Positions 24,679 through 36,020 of a stretch of 40,300 nt of DNA are shown here, piece after piece. The stretch covers positions 62,001-102,300 of the forward strand of contig KE560945.1 in the NCBI GenBank assembly GCA_000442015.1, in the 5' to 3' direction. The position numbers and the translations under genes are program-made. Source of the DNA: Rozella allomycis CSF55 (taxonomy: Eukaryota). A model generated the notes under the pieces. It was not told the DNA's origin and made no database searches. It saw only the letters and a program-made list of their open reading frames with translations. How positions within the stretch are numbered: position 1 is the first letter of the stretch; each line of letters opens with the position of its first letter.

Positions 24679-24833
24679 GTAGGTTTAGACGACCTTTGCG
24701 CACAGAGCACGTAGGTTTAGGCGACCTTTGTGCACAGAGCACGTAGGTTTAGACGACCTTTGTGCACAGAGCACGACCTTTGCGCACAGAGCACGTAGGT
24801 TTAGACGACCTTTGTGCACAGGGCACGTAGGTT
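24679..24833. repeat. 32-bp minisatellite (GTAGGTTTAGACGACCTTTG[C/T]GCACAGAGCAC), 4 full units plus a 20-bp truncated unit
   Basis: GTAGG starts at 24679, 24711, 24743, 24795, 24827; degenerate part-copies at ~24607-24680 and ~24840-24860. Confidence 0.95.
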
Positions 24834-25334
24834 AAACATGGATTTAGACGGTCTTGAGCAGACATATGTAAGATTATTGGCCAATAAATTAAACAAATTT
24901 TGTGTGTACAGTCTACACCTTATGGGTTGGGTAGTTCAAATGTTAGTTATTTGATTGAGGCCAACTTTATTGCGTGTTTTCTAAAATCTCTATGAAACAA
25001 TTTGTTCGGTTCACTTTTTATAGGGACTGACGTTTCGTATGCAACTAGCTTGTATGAATACCTTGAAAGGGGTTCACCAAATGACAATGGATTCTTTCGA
25101 GTCTTTAATATTTGTTTACGTCTTTGGTTTGCTGAACAGAGTATACTTTGCGCTTTTCAAATCGAGAATTATCTAGTATTTGTCGAGGACTGTCTTGCCG
25201 GACTTGGTGCTGCATTAGGATAGGCTTCTCTTCTACCTCATGCCTTTTCGAATTAATAAAGTTATCAATTTTTGTATTTTTGATGGATTTGTACTTTATG
25301 GAATTAGCCTAAATCAATAAAACTAGCAACAATT

Positions 25335-26000
25335 TCATACTAAATGAATTGACTTTACAGCTTTAGAGAATAAGGAATTTTGAATGATACAATTATCTAA
25401 AGAGTATCCGCGATGATTTTTCTTCGGAGCAATATTGTTACTCGGAGTCCTTGGTTTTGGATTTGGATCATCCAGATTTGAATCCTTCCGTTTTGAAGCA
25501 CCATCTTGTTGAGACATTGAATTGAGATAAATGTTTGGCAAAGACTTCCATCTATCTTCGGGGGCATTTCGTTTTTCCAATTCAAATGATCGGCATTTTC
25601 TGTCTCCGCCATTGGTAGATTGAATCGCTTCAAATATGGCGGCATTTTTGGCCTTCAGGGCAGCGCTATGTGATTGTTTCGTACTATTTTGATTGCTAAA
25701 AGAACCGCTATTATGACCTGAAGACCTAACCATCGACGGAGTAATTGAGCCCTCGCTTTTTCCAAGCATGTGGTGTATCATTAAATAAATACTTTTCGGA
25801 TTTTCTTCAATTGGGTCCATGTAATTTTTATCTTTTGGAATGGATGAATCAGATTTTGATTCCATTAAAGACAAAACTTCATTTAGTGGAGTGTTTGGAG
25901 TAACCTTTCCAAGTTTTTTTAACGGTTGCTGTCTTGCTAACTCGTGTAAACTCTGCAGTGAAGATTTAACGCCCAGAGATTCCAAATTTGAATGGCTCAT
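25335..26000 (-). CDS. Hypothetical Ser/Asn/Lys-rich, probably disordered protein
   Basis: 221-aa uninterrupted ORF; no recognised domain. Confidence 0.55.
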   Translation of the reverse strand: MSHSNLESLGVKSSLQSLHELARQQPLKKLGKVTPNTPLNEVLSLMESKSDSSIPKDKNYMDPIEENPKSIYLMIHHMLGKSEGSITPSMVRSSGHNSGSFSNQNSTKQSHSAALKAKNAAIFEAIQSTNGGDRKCRSFELEKRNAPEDRWKSLPNIYLNSMSQQDGASKRKDSNLDDPNPKPRTPSNNIAPKKNHRGYSLDNCIIQNSLFSKAVKSIHLV

Positions 26001-26230
26001 TTATGGTTGCCTAGTACCTCATTAAAATACGTGGTAGATGTTAACAAAAATGTCATATAGCCAATGTCATCAAAAGGTTATGTGATTAATAAAGACTAAT
26101 TGATTAGTTCATTTAGCTTATATAACTCAAAGATCTCAATCGACAATCATACCTTAATGAGCGAGTTAGTCTTGAACAACGATATCACCCCAAATGAGCA
26201 GGTAAGAAATAAGCTTTACGAAAAAAGCCA

Positions 26231-26788
26231 ATGCCTCCCAAACCAGAAAAAAAGGCAACAACCGGATCCAAAACCATTTCCACAACAGTACACCTAATTT
26301 CCATCATCAACTAGGGCGGCAAGTCCAAGGTAGCCAACAAAGCACCGCCTGGCTCCAGTGCCACTGAAAAGAAGACTGGTCGCAAAAAGGCCCGTCATGA
26401 AACGTATTCTTCGTACATTTACAAGGTAAGAATAGGATGATACAATTACAAGGTATGAGTAGAATAACAAGGTTACAAGGTTTTGAAGCAGGTGCATCCA
26501 GAGATTGGTATTAGTAACAAGGCCATGGCGATTATGAATTCGTTTGTGAATGACCTTTTTGAGAGAATTGCAACGGAAGCATCTCGATTGGCCATGTACA
26601 CCAAGAAGACTACCATGAGTTCGAGGGAGGTAAATGGATTATTTGCTAATGTGGCATAGATTCAAACGGCGGCGCGACTGATACTTCCTGGTGAGTTGTC
26701 AAAGCACGCGGTATCAGAGGGCACCAAGGCAGTCACCAAGTACACTGTAATTTCAATAATCTTTCATCGATCATAGGGCAGCAAGTAA
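26231..26788 (+). CDS. H2B: Histone H2B with 4 intron positions
   Basis: MPPKPEKK...[47 protein letters not shown]...[36 protein letters not shown]. Confidence 0.97.
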
Positions 26789-26848
26789 CCTTCATGATCA
26801 AAGCAATATCAATAAACTCCAGTTCGATTTATTTTTGAAATTTCTGAA

Positions 26849-29800
26849 ATGCATCTAAACCTTCAGAAACCCGAATCCTTATTTACGCAGCTGGAGACAC
26901 TTTGTGCAGTTTTAGAAAAGGCGGAGCAGATGGATTCAACAGAATCGAGTGTGAGTGTGAGTGATTTCGACGAGCCGTTGACTATGAAGCGTTTGACATC
27001 ACTGTGCCACCAGTGCCTGTCTATTATGCGGCAGACGGATGCGGGATGCCGTGTGTTGGCTGGATGTTGTGTTTGCGAGATGCTGAGAATCACTGCGCCG
27101 AATGCGCCGCTGAGCAGCCGGCAGTTGAAGGAGTATTTTGGGCTTTGTTTGGAGGAGCTGAGGAGGCTTGTCAAGGAGAGAGGGAATGTAAAAGAGAAGG
27201 AGGGGAGAGAGAGAAGAGAGAAGAGACATTCGAGGGAGGTTGATGATGGGCTTTGGGAGAAGAGGTNGGCTGTGGGAGAAGAGGTTTTCGCTGTTGGAGG
27301 GGCTTGATGAGATTGGTAAGGGATGAGTTGATACTTGATAGGTGGGTTTACGTTGTTGGCGTCGTTGCAGGATGAAGATTTGGTGAATGAGTGTTTTGGA
27401 ATGGCGTTTGAAGTGTGTGCGGGGTAAGATGCGTGTGTATTGAAGAATAGGAATCAGGGATCGTTGAATATGAAGACTTGTTTGATGGAGAGTTTGAACC
27501 AGGTGGTTGATGGAGTTGATATGTTGAATGTTCGAGTTGGCGAGATAATGTTTGCTTGTTTGACGAGAGGAAATAGAGAGCGGATGACGTATCAGTTGGC
27601 GGGGGATATTTTGAGGTTGAATCATTTGAAGTTTCAGAATCTTGTTTTTGAATATTTTATGCAACAGTTGAATGAAGAAGATGAAGAAAAGGAAAAGAAG
27701 AAGAAGAATTTGAAAAAGATTGAAGGGATTCATTTGCTTTTGATTGAATTGATAAGAATTAGTGATGAATTGATAATGGCTGTTGTTCCACATTTAATGG
27801 AAGAGATTAACGTAAGATTTAGATATTTTAAAGAAAAGGATGAAGATGATGATATAAGAATGATTTCTTGTAGAATAATTGGAAGATTATTTTCAGAAGA
27901 ATTTGGATCTCCGTTATTTTCTAAATGTGAAGATCTATGGCTTAGATGGCTTGATAGATCTAAAGATAAAAATATTTCAATTAGAATGGAGTGGGTAGAG
28001 AATGCGATTCAAATGTATAAAAATCATGGCTATTTGGGTGCCAAAGTAGATTCAAGGGTTAGCCAGTTGATTAATGATTGCGAAGAAAAGGTTAGAAAGA
28101 GGGCTATTGAGTGTGTTGGGAATTTAAGATGGCCGAATAGTTTGAATATTGGAGATGAAGTTATTGAAGCGTTAATTTTAAGACTAAGAGATAGAAAAAG
28201 CAATGTGAGAATTGAAGCAGCTAAATCAGCAGGCAAATTATTCAAAGGACAAGAAGATGGGTAATTTGAAATGAATAAAATGATTTAGGAGTGAAAAGTT
28301 TAAAAAGATTGTGCAAGGGATATTTGAAACATTTGCGACGTCAGATGAGAGTGTAGCTAAACAATTTAGTAGTTTGATTAATATAACATTGTTTGATATT
28401 CCAAATGAGCAACAAATGATTGAAATTAGTCAAGATAAAATTTCTAGTAAAAGAAATAGATCCCTTGTAGATCAATGGTCGAGTATTATTGAAGCTATGG
28501 AAGATTTTAGCTGTTTAAGGGTTTATTTGTCTAGATTTAAAAGAGATTATCAAATATTGTGGCAAATTTTAAGTCAAACTGATTATGAAAAGGAAGAAGG
28601 TATTGAAAAAGTAGATGAAGATGAAAAGATAGATGAAGATGAAAATGAAAAAGAAAATGATCTAGCACAGTCTAAGCCACAAGATCTGAATAATTCTAAA
28701 AATAGNCTAAATAATTCTAAAAATAGATTGATAAATTTATTTAGCAAAGAATTTAATAATCCAGAAAGGATTGAAAAAAGTTTGATGAAATTGATTAAAG
28801 AAAAAGATTTGAGAATACTTTTGAATCCCGAGCAGCCATTGAGAAGGATAATGAAGAAGAGAGAAGAGATGATTGAGAGAATAAAAGATGAATATCAAAT
28901 AGAAATAATTAATAGAATGAGTTTAATAACGTTGCATCCACAAACGTTAAATTTATTATTTAAAAAGAATGAAAATTTAAATTTCTTTTTAATTGTAGCA
29001 AAAGAAATTCCAAACTTTTTAAATGTTGAATTGTTTATGGATTTTAAGTTTATTGACATTTTGGCTTGTTTTCCTGTTATTCCTTTTAATGAAAACTTTT
29101 CCAATCTTTGTTATTCAAGAATTAAAGATGACATAAGAAGAGTTGAAATTGAAGTTGAAACAGCTAAAGAAGACATCAAAGAAGATGAAAATATTCGTAA
29201 TGCAAAATTAGTTAAAAAGATGACTTTGGTTTTGATTAGAATGAATGATTCCAGAATAAATGAAATATTTCAAGATTGTTTAAATAATCTAAATAGTAAA
29301 AATCTCAATCTATTAATCGTTTTAAAAACAATCATAAAAAGTTTTAAATTTATTAAAAATGTAGATTATGAAATGACAAATTTAATAAAAACTTCAAATG
29401 ATCTTCAAATTAATCTACAAATAATAAAAATTCTTGTTTACAATTTAATAAATTCAAAAAGAAATAGATCTGATGCTCAGCCACTGATCTCTATAATTTC
29501 TCCAATTCTTTCTTCTTCAAATTCAAACAAAGAATTTCAATCTTTTCAATTTAAAGTGGCTAAGCAATATCTAAAATTAGAAAAAATTCAATCTTTTCAA
29601 TCTCTAATCAAATTCAAACATTTCTCAAATCTTTGTTATTCTTCTCAAAATGAAAACTTTTTTGTTCTAATTTCTGCCCTGGTCAAATCTAGATTAATTT
29701 CTCCACATTACATCTCACTTTTATTTCTATACGCAACTGATAAAGATTTGTCTAAAAGAGTATCAACTTTAAAATACTTCAATTAGGTCTTTTCATTTAT

Positions 29801-30302
29801 AAAAAGGTTGGATTCTCTTAAAGATAAAATGGCACTTTATTTATGTGTTTTAATTCATTTGTTATCCCAAAATTCAGAATTAAATTTTCAAAATCTTCAA
29901 AAGTAAATCTTTTCAAATCTATTCATAGAATATCTCTCTTTTACATTGATTTAATCATGGATGCTTCTAATTGCAATTTTCTATTTGAAATGTGCAACCA
30001 AATAAAGAAATCAAGAGATAAATTAAATCCTGATTCCACAAATTGTTACATTATAGCCGAAATGTTTCAATTAAACATTAGAAAGAAAGCAAATGCTTTG
30101 GGTTTTGGTGTTCACGCTTACACGCTCCCCGTTAAACTACCAAATTCAATGTTCATCCCAATTGAAGATGAAAGAGTCGCTAAAAAAGTATTTCTTTTCT
30201 TTCATTCTCACTTAGAATTTATTAACCCGCTTTTTGCCCGAAGACTTTGAAAAGAAAAAGAAATTCAAAAAAGATGATAAAGAAAATCAATTTTCAAATT
30301 AA
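26849..30302 (+). CDS. PDS5: Sister chromatid cohesion protein Pds5 (divergent), spans two assembly joins
   Basis: DAGCRVLAGCCVCEMLRITAPNAP...QLKEYF; VVPHLMEE...IRMISCRIIGRLFS; WLDRSKDKNISIRMEWV; DCEEKVR; RLRDRKSNVR; CYIIAEM...PVKLPNSMF. Confidence 0.85.
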
Positions 30303-30324
30303 ATGCATTTAAATAAACATGTCT

Positions 30325-31101
30325 CTATTTATTATGCAACTTATTTTCAATATACTTTATAGTCCTTTCAAATGCAACACTCGCTGCCTTTTCATCATAC
30401 TTGGGCCCGCAATGATTCATAAAAGCATGCTTCGCTTCATACCTCCACATCTCAAAATCTTTCCCACAGTCTCTCATTTCCTTTTCCAGCAAATCAGCAC
30501 TCTCCCTGCACGAAAACCCCTTACACTCATCCAAATTCCCGAAATGCAGCTGCATTGGCACCCTAATCTTCTGCGGCGCCGCAAACTCCTTATCAGGAAT
30601 CCCATAAAAACAAATCCCACAATCAATCCCACCAACATGCACACAAGACGTAATCGTCAACGCACCACCCATACAGAACCCAACAACGGCAATCTTTTCA
30701 CAACCATTTTCCTTTAGATAATCGACAGCCGCCTGGATATCCTGAACAGCGCTCTGCCAGTCAAGATTGGACATCAAGTGGCTAGCCTCGTCTTCGTGAA
30801 ATGCAACCTGGCCGCGGTATCTACATGAAAAATGGTCACAAATGGTTACAGGTCTGGAACTAGAACGAGCATTGGAGAAGCAGCAGCGAATTTTTCGGCT
30901 GTTTGCTTGATCTGGTCGTTCACGCCCCACCATTCTTGGATAACTGCATTGATTGGATAGTACTTTGTTACCGATGAGACCTGTTTTGGAACCTTGGCCG
31001 GTCATGTAGCCTGGGCAGCCGTTGGAGAAGGTTACTTTTTGCATTGCGAATTTTCGCAATTTTGGGCTACATAGGTTTGTCGAATTGGGAGTTTGGAACA
31101 T
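30325..31101 (-). CDS. Dienelactone hydrolase family protein; introns 30944-30971 and 30821-30849
   Basis: Spliced product GLIVIQEWWGVNDQIK...LVPDLYRG; nucleophile GFCMGG; FYGIP; HFGNLD; HAFMN. Confidence 0.92.
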   Translation of the reverse strand: MFQTPNSTNLCSPKLRKFAMQKVTFSNGCPGYMTGQGSKTGLIGNKVLSNQCSYPRMVGRERPDQANSRKIRCCFSNARSSSRPVTICDHFSCRYRGQVAFHEDEASHLMSNLDWQSAVQDIQAAVDYLKENGCEKIAVVGFCMGGALTITSCVHVGGIDCGICFYGIPDKEFAAPQKIRVPMQLHFGNLDECKGFSCRESADLLEKEMRDCGKDFEMWRYEAKHAFMNHCGPKYDEKAASVAFERTIKYIENKLHNK

Positions 31102-31882
31102 TAGAAAAGAATAAAAAAATAATGAGATATCTTTTCGCAGTGTATTGATGATTAATTGCCGAATGATAAAGTAAAAAATGGAAAAGTACTCCCGGTTTTA
31201 TTGTTTGACTTTTACCAGGGCTATCCAAATTCCATTTCTGAAATTTCCAAACGACGGGTATAAAAAAATTGAGCCTGGTCCAACACCCCTGAAAAAATAT
31301 TTGTAAGTATCTCTCATTGTTTTTTTGTTGGCTATGATTATAATATCTCGGTTTGTATGAATTTATGATTACAATACATGCACCACCGTATGAGCCTTTA
31401 TTTACTATATTTTATTTCTTTTATGAACAACTCTAATTTCTAGGAGGTATTTCTTTGTCACTTTTCTTCTGTTTCAAGTGATGTTATTATAATGTTCGTG
31501 TTTCACATGAACCACAATGATTAAAATTACATTTCTGATCTTCTATGTTTTTGTCCTTTTATTGATTAACAGAATCTAATCTTAGGTATGTTAAGAGATA
31601 GTTTTGCTTTTTGGTTTGCTTGTGATGAGAATAGCTAATCCATTCACTGACCTTTTTGTGACTCATTTTTCTTGTCTATTTGCAAGAGTTCTTCTTGTGA
31701 ACTGATTGGTTGATGGTGATCAAAAGGAGAAAGAAGATTGCTACCTGCTGACATCATGCGATTTATTAATGTTCTTTTAATGAACAAATCTAATATTAGA
31801 TTCCTCATAAATAAACAACTGTTTAATGGAAATTTTAAAAATAATTCATTTTTCAATTATAAAGATTAATGGTGTTTATTAA

Positions 31883-32875
31883 TCAGTTTGATGCCAACCT
31901 ACTTCTTACCTTCTCGTTGATTGAAGTTTGCATTTTTCCATAGTTTGAATCTATTTGCATCAACTTTGAATCAACAAATTTCTTTTGGGCCTTGTTCAAT
32001 AAAACGTCTTGCAACGCCTTTTGTTTCTCAAATGGCTCTAAATCCTTTTGTAAAATATTTTCGCTTGTTTTCGAAACACACAAGATGGTATTCTGCAAAA
32101 TACTTAACTTTGTGGTCAACTGGGTAGCATCATTAACAAATATTAAGGGTCCCAATAAACTCAATGCGATTGACAAGTTTACGTACAAGTGATGTATAAT
32201 TTTCAAAAATTCTGATGTTGTCAATGAAGGAAAGTAAAGTTTCACCCAATCTATATTGGCTGCACCCGCAATAATAGCGCCTTCAAAAGTAACCATGAAT
32301 CCAAACATTACGAATCTCCAAAATTGAACGCCGTGATCACTGCCTATCAATTTGTAAAGAACCAGTAACACTAATATGCTCCCATTAAAGACAAGATAAG
32401 AAGAAAATCCAGAAGACAGGTAATCTCTGTATGAAATACATTGTGTACAATCCGCAAAAATCTGCGACCCAAACATATCGTATACGTTTCTTTTAACATC
32501 GTCCATTAAAACTTCATACATGCTTCTATATTTTAAAAAAATTTTGGCTGCTTCCTCTGATGGATTCTTATCGGGGTGATACAGAATAGACAATCTTTTG
32601 AACCTCGATTTTAATCCGTTGGGAACTTGATCAGGTGTCACGTCAAATGCTTTGTAATAATTTTGAGGTATTTCCATTATTGAAGAAACTAGAGTATATG
32701 TTAGATATATAACAATTATCGCAATGTAGATTCTACGCCGATGATCCTGATACCTTTTGGAATCTGGATTCGGCGCACGAATAAACACGTATAGAATTTT
32801 CTGAAAGAAAGATGTTGCTAGATTAGGGACGAAAAACCAAAAAAATATGTTTGCAAACGCTGACGTGTCATCCAT
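31883..32875 (-). CDS. Membrane-associated DnaJ-domain protein
   Basis: J-domain NYYKAFDV...RFKRLSILYHPDKN...YEVLMDDVKRNVYDMFG flanked by TM segments. Confidence 0.88.
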   Translation of the reverse strand: MDDTSAFANIFFWFFVPNLATSFFQKILYVFIRAPNPDSKRYQDHRRRIYIAIIVIYLTYTLVSSIMEIPQNYYKAFDVTPDQVPNGLKSRFKRLSILYHPDKNPSEEAAKIFLKYRSMYEVLMDDVKRNVYDMFGSQIFADCTQCISYRDYLSSGFSSYLVFNGSILVLLVLYKLIGSDHGVQFWRFVMFGFMVTFEGAIIAGAANIDWVKLYFPSLTTSEFLKIIHHLYVNLSIALSLLGPLIFVNDATQLTTKLSILQNTILCVSKTSENILQKDLEPFEKQKALQDVLLNKAQKKFVDSKLMQIDSNYGKMQTSINEKVRSRLASN

Positions 32876-33025
32876 CTTGCTTTTAGAAATTTTCTAAAGC
32901 TTCAAGCTTCAGAATGATAGGCATCAAAAATATAACTTAAAAATAAAAGTGATTTAGAGATTTAAATTTTAAAATGTCTCTTTTTACTTTACATTTTTGA
33001 TAGTGTATGTGCGAAACAAATTTAT

Positions 33026-33534
33026 TTAAATGAAACCAATCTTGCTAGCGACTTCAAGAGCGTTAGAATCAGCAGTTAATTTAACGAAAGCCTTCTTTTG
33101 TCCATCTGGTCTGATCAAAGTATTAATACGAGCAGCTTGAACGTCATAAAGCTTCTTGACAGCATCTCTAATTTGTCTCTTGTTAGCGCGAACATCACAA
33201 ACGAAAACCAAAGTTCTTTCGTTTTCAATCATTTGCATAGCGGTTTCAGTAGTCAATGGAAATTTGACAATAGTGTAAGCATCAAATTTTGCTTGACGTG
33301 TAACAGCACGACGTAAATATTTTGGTGTACGTGGGAGACGAAGAGTCTTTGGACGGAAAAAGTGGGTCTTGGTGCGGATTTTCTTCTTTTCGTGAGAATT
33401 TGTACCCTTGACCACAGCCTTGCGTGCTTCTTTAGCTTGTTTGACTAGAAATTAGAATGTGTCTAAGAAAATAATGATTTAGATTAATTTTTAAATAAAA
33501 CGAATAGGATCGAGTGTTTACCTTGCTTGGACAT
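33026..33534 (-). CDS. RPL25: 60S ribosomal protein uL23 (L25/L23a); intron 33445-33521
   Basis: [24 protein letters not shown]...PLTTETAM...[17 protein letters not shown]...ASKIGFI. Confidence 0.98.
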
Positions 33535-33544
33535 TTTTTTCAGA

Positions 33545-33550
33545 CCAGGG
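33545..33550 (-). promoter_or_regulatory. CCCTGG start-proximal motif (RPL25)
   Basis: CCCTGGTCT, hexamer 10 nt upstream of the ATG. Confidence 0.55.
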
Positions 33551-33810
33551 CCTTTTCCGAAATTTTATAAAAATTCAAAAGTGAGGATTAAACGTAAGTA
33601 AAATAAAGAAACACTTTGACGCAGCTATTTTTATAACTGTAAGCAACTCTTTTTAGTTTTTTACGGATCACAAAATTACTAATTCCTTACGCAAATATAG
33701 GACTCATTAAGTCAAACAAATACACAGATAACTTGATAAGCTTCATTCAACAGTCATATGTTAGAATATCTGAATCGCTCTGCTCGTTTAATTCATAAAA
33801 GGAAATCCAA

Positions 33811-33816
33811 CCCTGG
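33811..33816 (+). promoter_or_regulatory. CCCTGG start-proximal motif (TUF1)
   Basis: 10 nt upstream of the ATG; same motif before RPL25 and DIP2. Confidence 0.55.
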
Positions 33817-33826
33817 CTCAATTTAA

Positions 33827-35241
33827 ATGTTCGCCATTACAATATTGCGCACGCCTTCTCGATTGCAAGTAAAATTAATACATGTGAAAAATAAAGTCAC
33901 GCCTTCCAAGATTAGCTATATTCACGCGAGGTTTTGCTGAAGGTAAATTTGTGCGTACAAAACCTCATGTTAACATTGGAACTATAGGCCATGTTGATCA
34001 TGGAAAAACAACGCTTACTGCTGCCATTACAAAAGGTATAACATGAATGTAGTTAAAAAAAGTGTTATCTGAAAGAATGAAAAACAGCAATATAAAATTC
34101 CGTGACTATAAAGACATTGACAATGCACCTGAAGAAAGAAATAGAGGTATCACAATCAATGCGGCAAACGTTGAATATGAAACTGAGAATCGTCATTATG
34201 GTCATGTGGATTGTACATATAAATTGTACTTTGAAAATAGGTCCTGGACACGCTGATTATGTCAAAAATATGATTTCTGGGGCCGCTACGATGGATGGAG
34301 CAATACTTGTTGTTGCAGCAACTGACGGAGCGATGCCTCAAACTCGAGAACATTTATTATTAGCGAAACAGATTGGAATAAAAAACATAGTTGTGTTTAT
34401 CAATAAAGCTGACATGATTGATGATCCTGAAATGATTGATCTAGTGAAAATGGAGTTGCAAGATTTGTTGGGTGAATTTGGCTACAATGGCGAAACCACA
34501 CCAATGATTCCAGGTATAAAGTAGGTTAAATAGTAAAAGGCTCTGCTCTTTGTGCTCTAGAAGGCAAAAATAAAGAACTTGGAGAAAATGCTATAATTGA
34601 ATTAATGAAAATGGTAGACGAAACAATTCCACTTCCAGAGCGTCAAATTGATAAACCATTTTTATTACCAATCGAAAACACATTTTCTATTCCTGGAAGA
34701 GGAACGGTTGTTAGTGGAAGAGTTGAACGTGGAACTTTGAGCAGAGGAGAAGAAGTTGAAATTGTTGGTTATGGGAAACGACAAAAGGCTGTAGCATCAG
34801 GAATAGAAATGTTCCAGTAATTTATTAACATTACTAATTTGTAGCAAAGAACTCGATAAATCAGAGGCAGGAGACATTATGGGCGCTTTACTAAGAGGAG
34901 TGAAAAGAGAAGATTTGAAACGCGGTATGGTTCTCGCTAAACCTGGAAGTATTAATCCCTGTTCAAAATTTGAATGCCAAGTCTACGTTCTATCGAAAGA
35001 AGAAGGTGGAAGGCACACTCCATTCACAAACAGTTACGCCCCACAATTTTACATCCGCACAGGTGTTGTAACTGGCAAAGTAACTCTTCCTGCGGGAAAA
35101 GAAATGATTATGCCTGGTGATCACACGGATTTAACAACTGAATTAATCACTGACGTTGCTTTGGACGAAGGACTACGCTTCACAATAAGAGATGCTGGTA
35201 AAACAATAGGTACTGGGGTAATAACAAAAATAATTAAATAA
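33827..35241 (+). CDS. TUF1: Mitochondrial elongation factor Tu, multi-exon
   Basis: Presequence-like N-terminus; [56 protein letters not shown]. Confidence 0.97.
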
Positions 35242-35304
35242 ATGCTGTTATATTCTATTTCTAATACATATTTTAAGAATTGTTGAAGAAAAGGCGGTTA
35301 AAAA

Positions 35305-35778
35305 TTATCGTAAACTTTACTTTTGAGCGAACGTAAATAAATACATGGGTATTGAAAAAACTCGTGAAATTAGTTATTCCATTTCGCAAAGATCTTATAC
35401 AAGATTTTAATGTTAAAGCAGGGTTCGACGGTTAAACCAGGTTCTTGTGAAGTGGATATTTGTCTGCAAACTGGTATTCAGTAAAATAGTTGAATTTGAT
35501 TTCAACGGCTAGAAATTTTGTCTCACTTAAGGCTTAATGATTTACGAGAATATCACGCTGGCTTCGTTCACTTTGCTTCAACTTTATTCTTCATCAAGAT
35601 CCTAAATTAATCTGTTCATGGAAATGCCCATATGTCATTCAATATCTAATCGGCAAAATATTAAATATAGATATGTGCTTGAATATACTTGATAGCACGG
35701 AGTCACGGACCATACAGAAAGATTCGTTTGTTTTCTCTAAAATTCAAAGCATCTTCTCAAAAATCTGTTAACTTTGCC
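35305..35778 (+). pseudogene. Degenerate duplicate of the upstream region and 5' part of the 38003 F-box/ankyrin gene
   Basis: Near-identical blocks to 37686-38327 (gtaaactttacttttgag; ttgaaaaaactcgtgaaatt; ctgcaaactggtattcagt; gagaatatcacgctggcttcgttcactttgcttc; tcttctcaaaaatctgt); start codon deleted, several indels. Confidence 0.88.
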
Positions 35779-36020
35779 AACTTCAAAGATCATTGAATAT
35801 AAATGAATTAATGAAGAATTCATAGCATTTTGTTTTATTACTTCAAAATGAGCCAATAATGCCCTTGTGTTGGTTTAATCTAGGCAGAACTTATCGAATC
35901 CAAAAAAATATTTGGATACGTTCATTTAATTGAAAAGGATGAAAGTATAGAATTGTTGTACGCTCAGCCACAGACAGAGAGGTTCTCAGGTTTAATTCTT
36001 TGACACAGCCACTTTAGAAA

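Noticed and set aside
24679-24833. CRISPR-like array
   Set aside because: Units are directly adjacent with no unique spacers, no cas genes, and the context is eukaryotic.
26999-27793. 264-aa antisense ORF and other shadow ORFs (e.g. 5819-6169, 16650-16994, 30319-30717)
   Set aside because: They overlap well-supported genes and have no recognisable protein features; skewed composition reduces stop frequency.
27250-28730. Short tandem duplications and frame break in PDS5
   Set aside because: TGGGAGAAGAGGT and AATAATTCTAAAAATAG each flank an N, typical of unmerged contig overlaps.
31130-31860. Possible small spliced genes between the hydrolase and DnaJ genes
   Set aside because: Only short ORFs without recognisable homology; cannot be supported from sequence alone.
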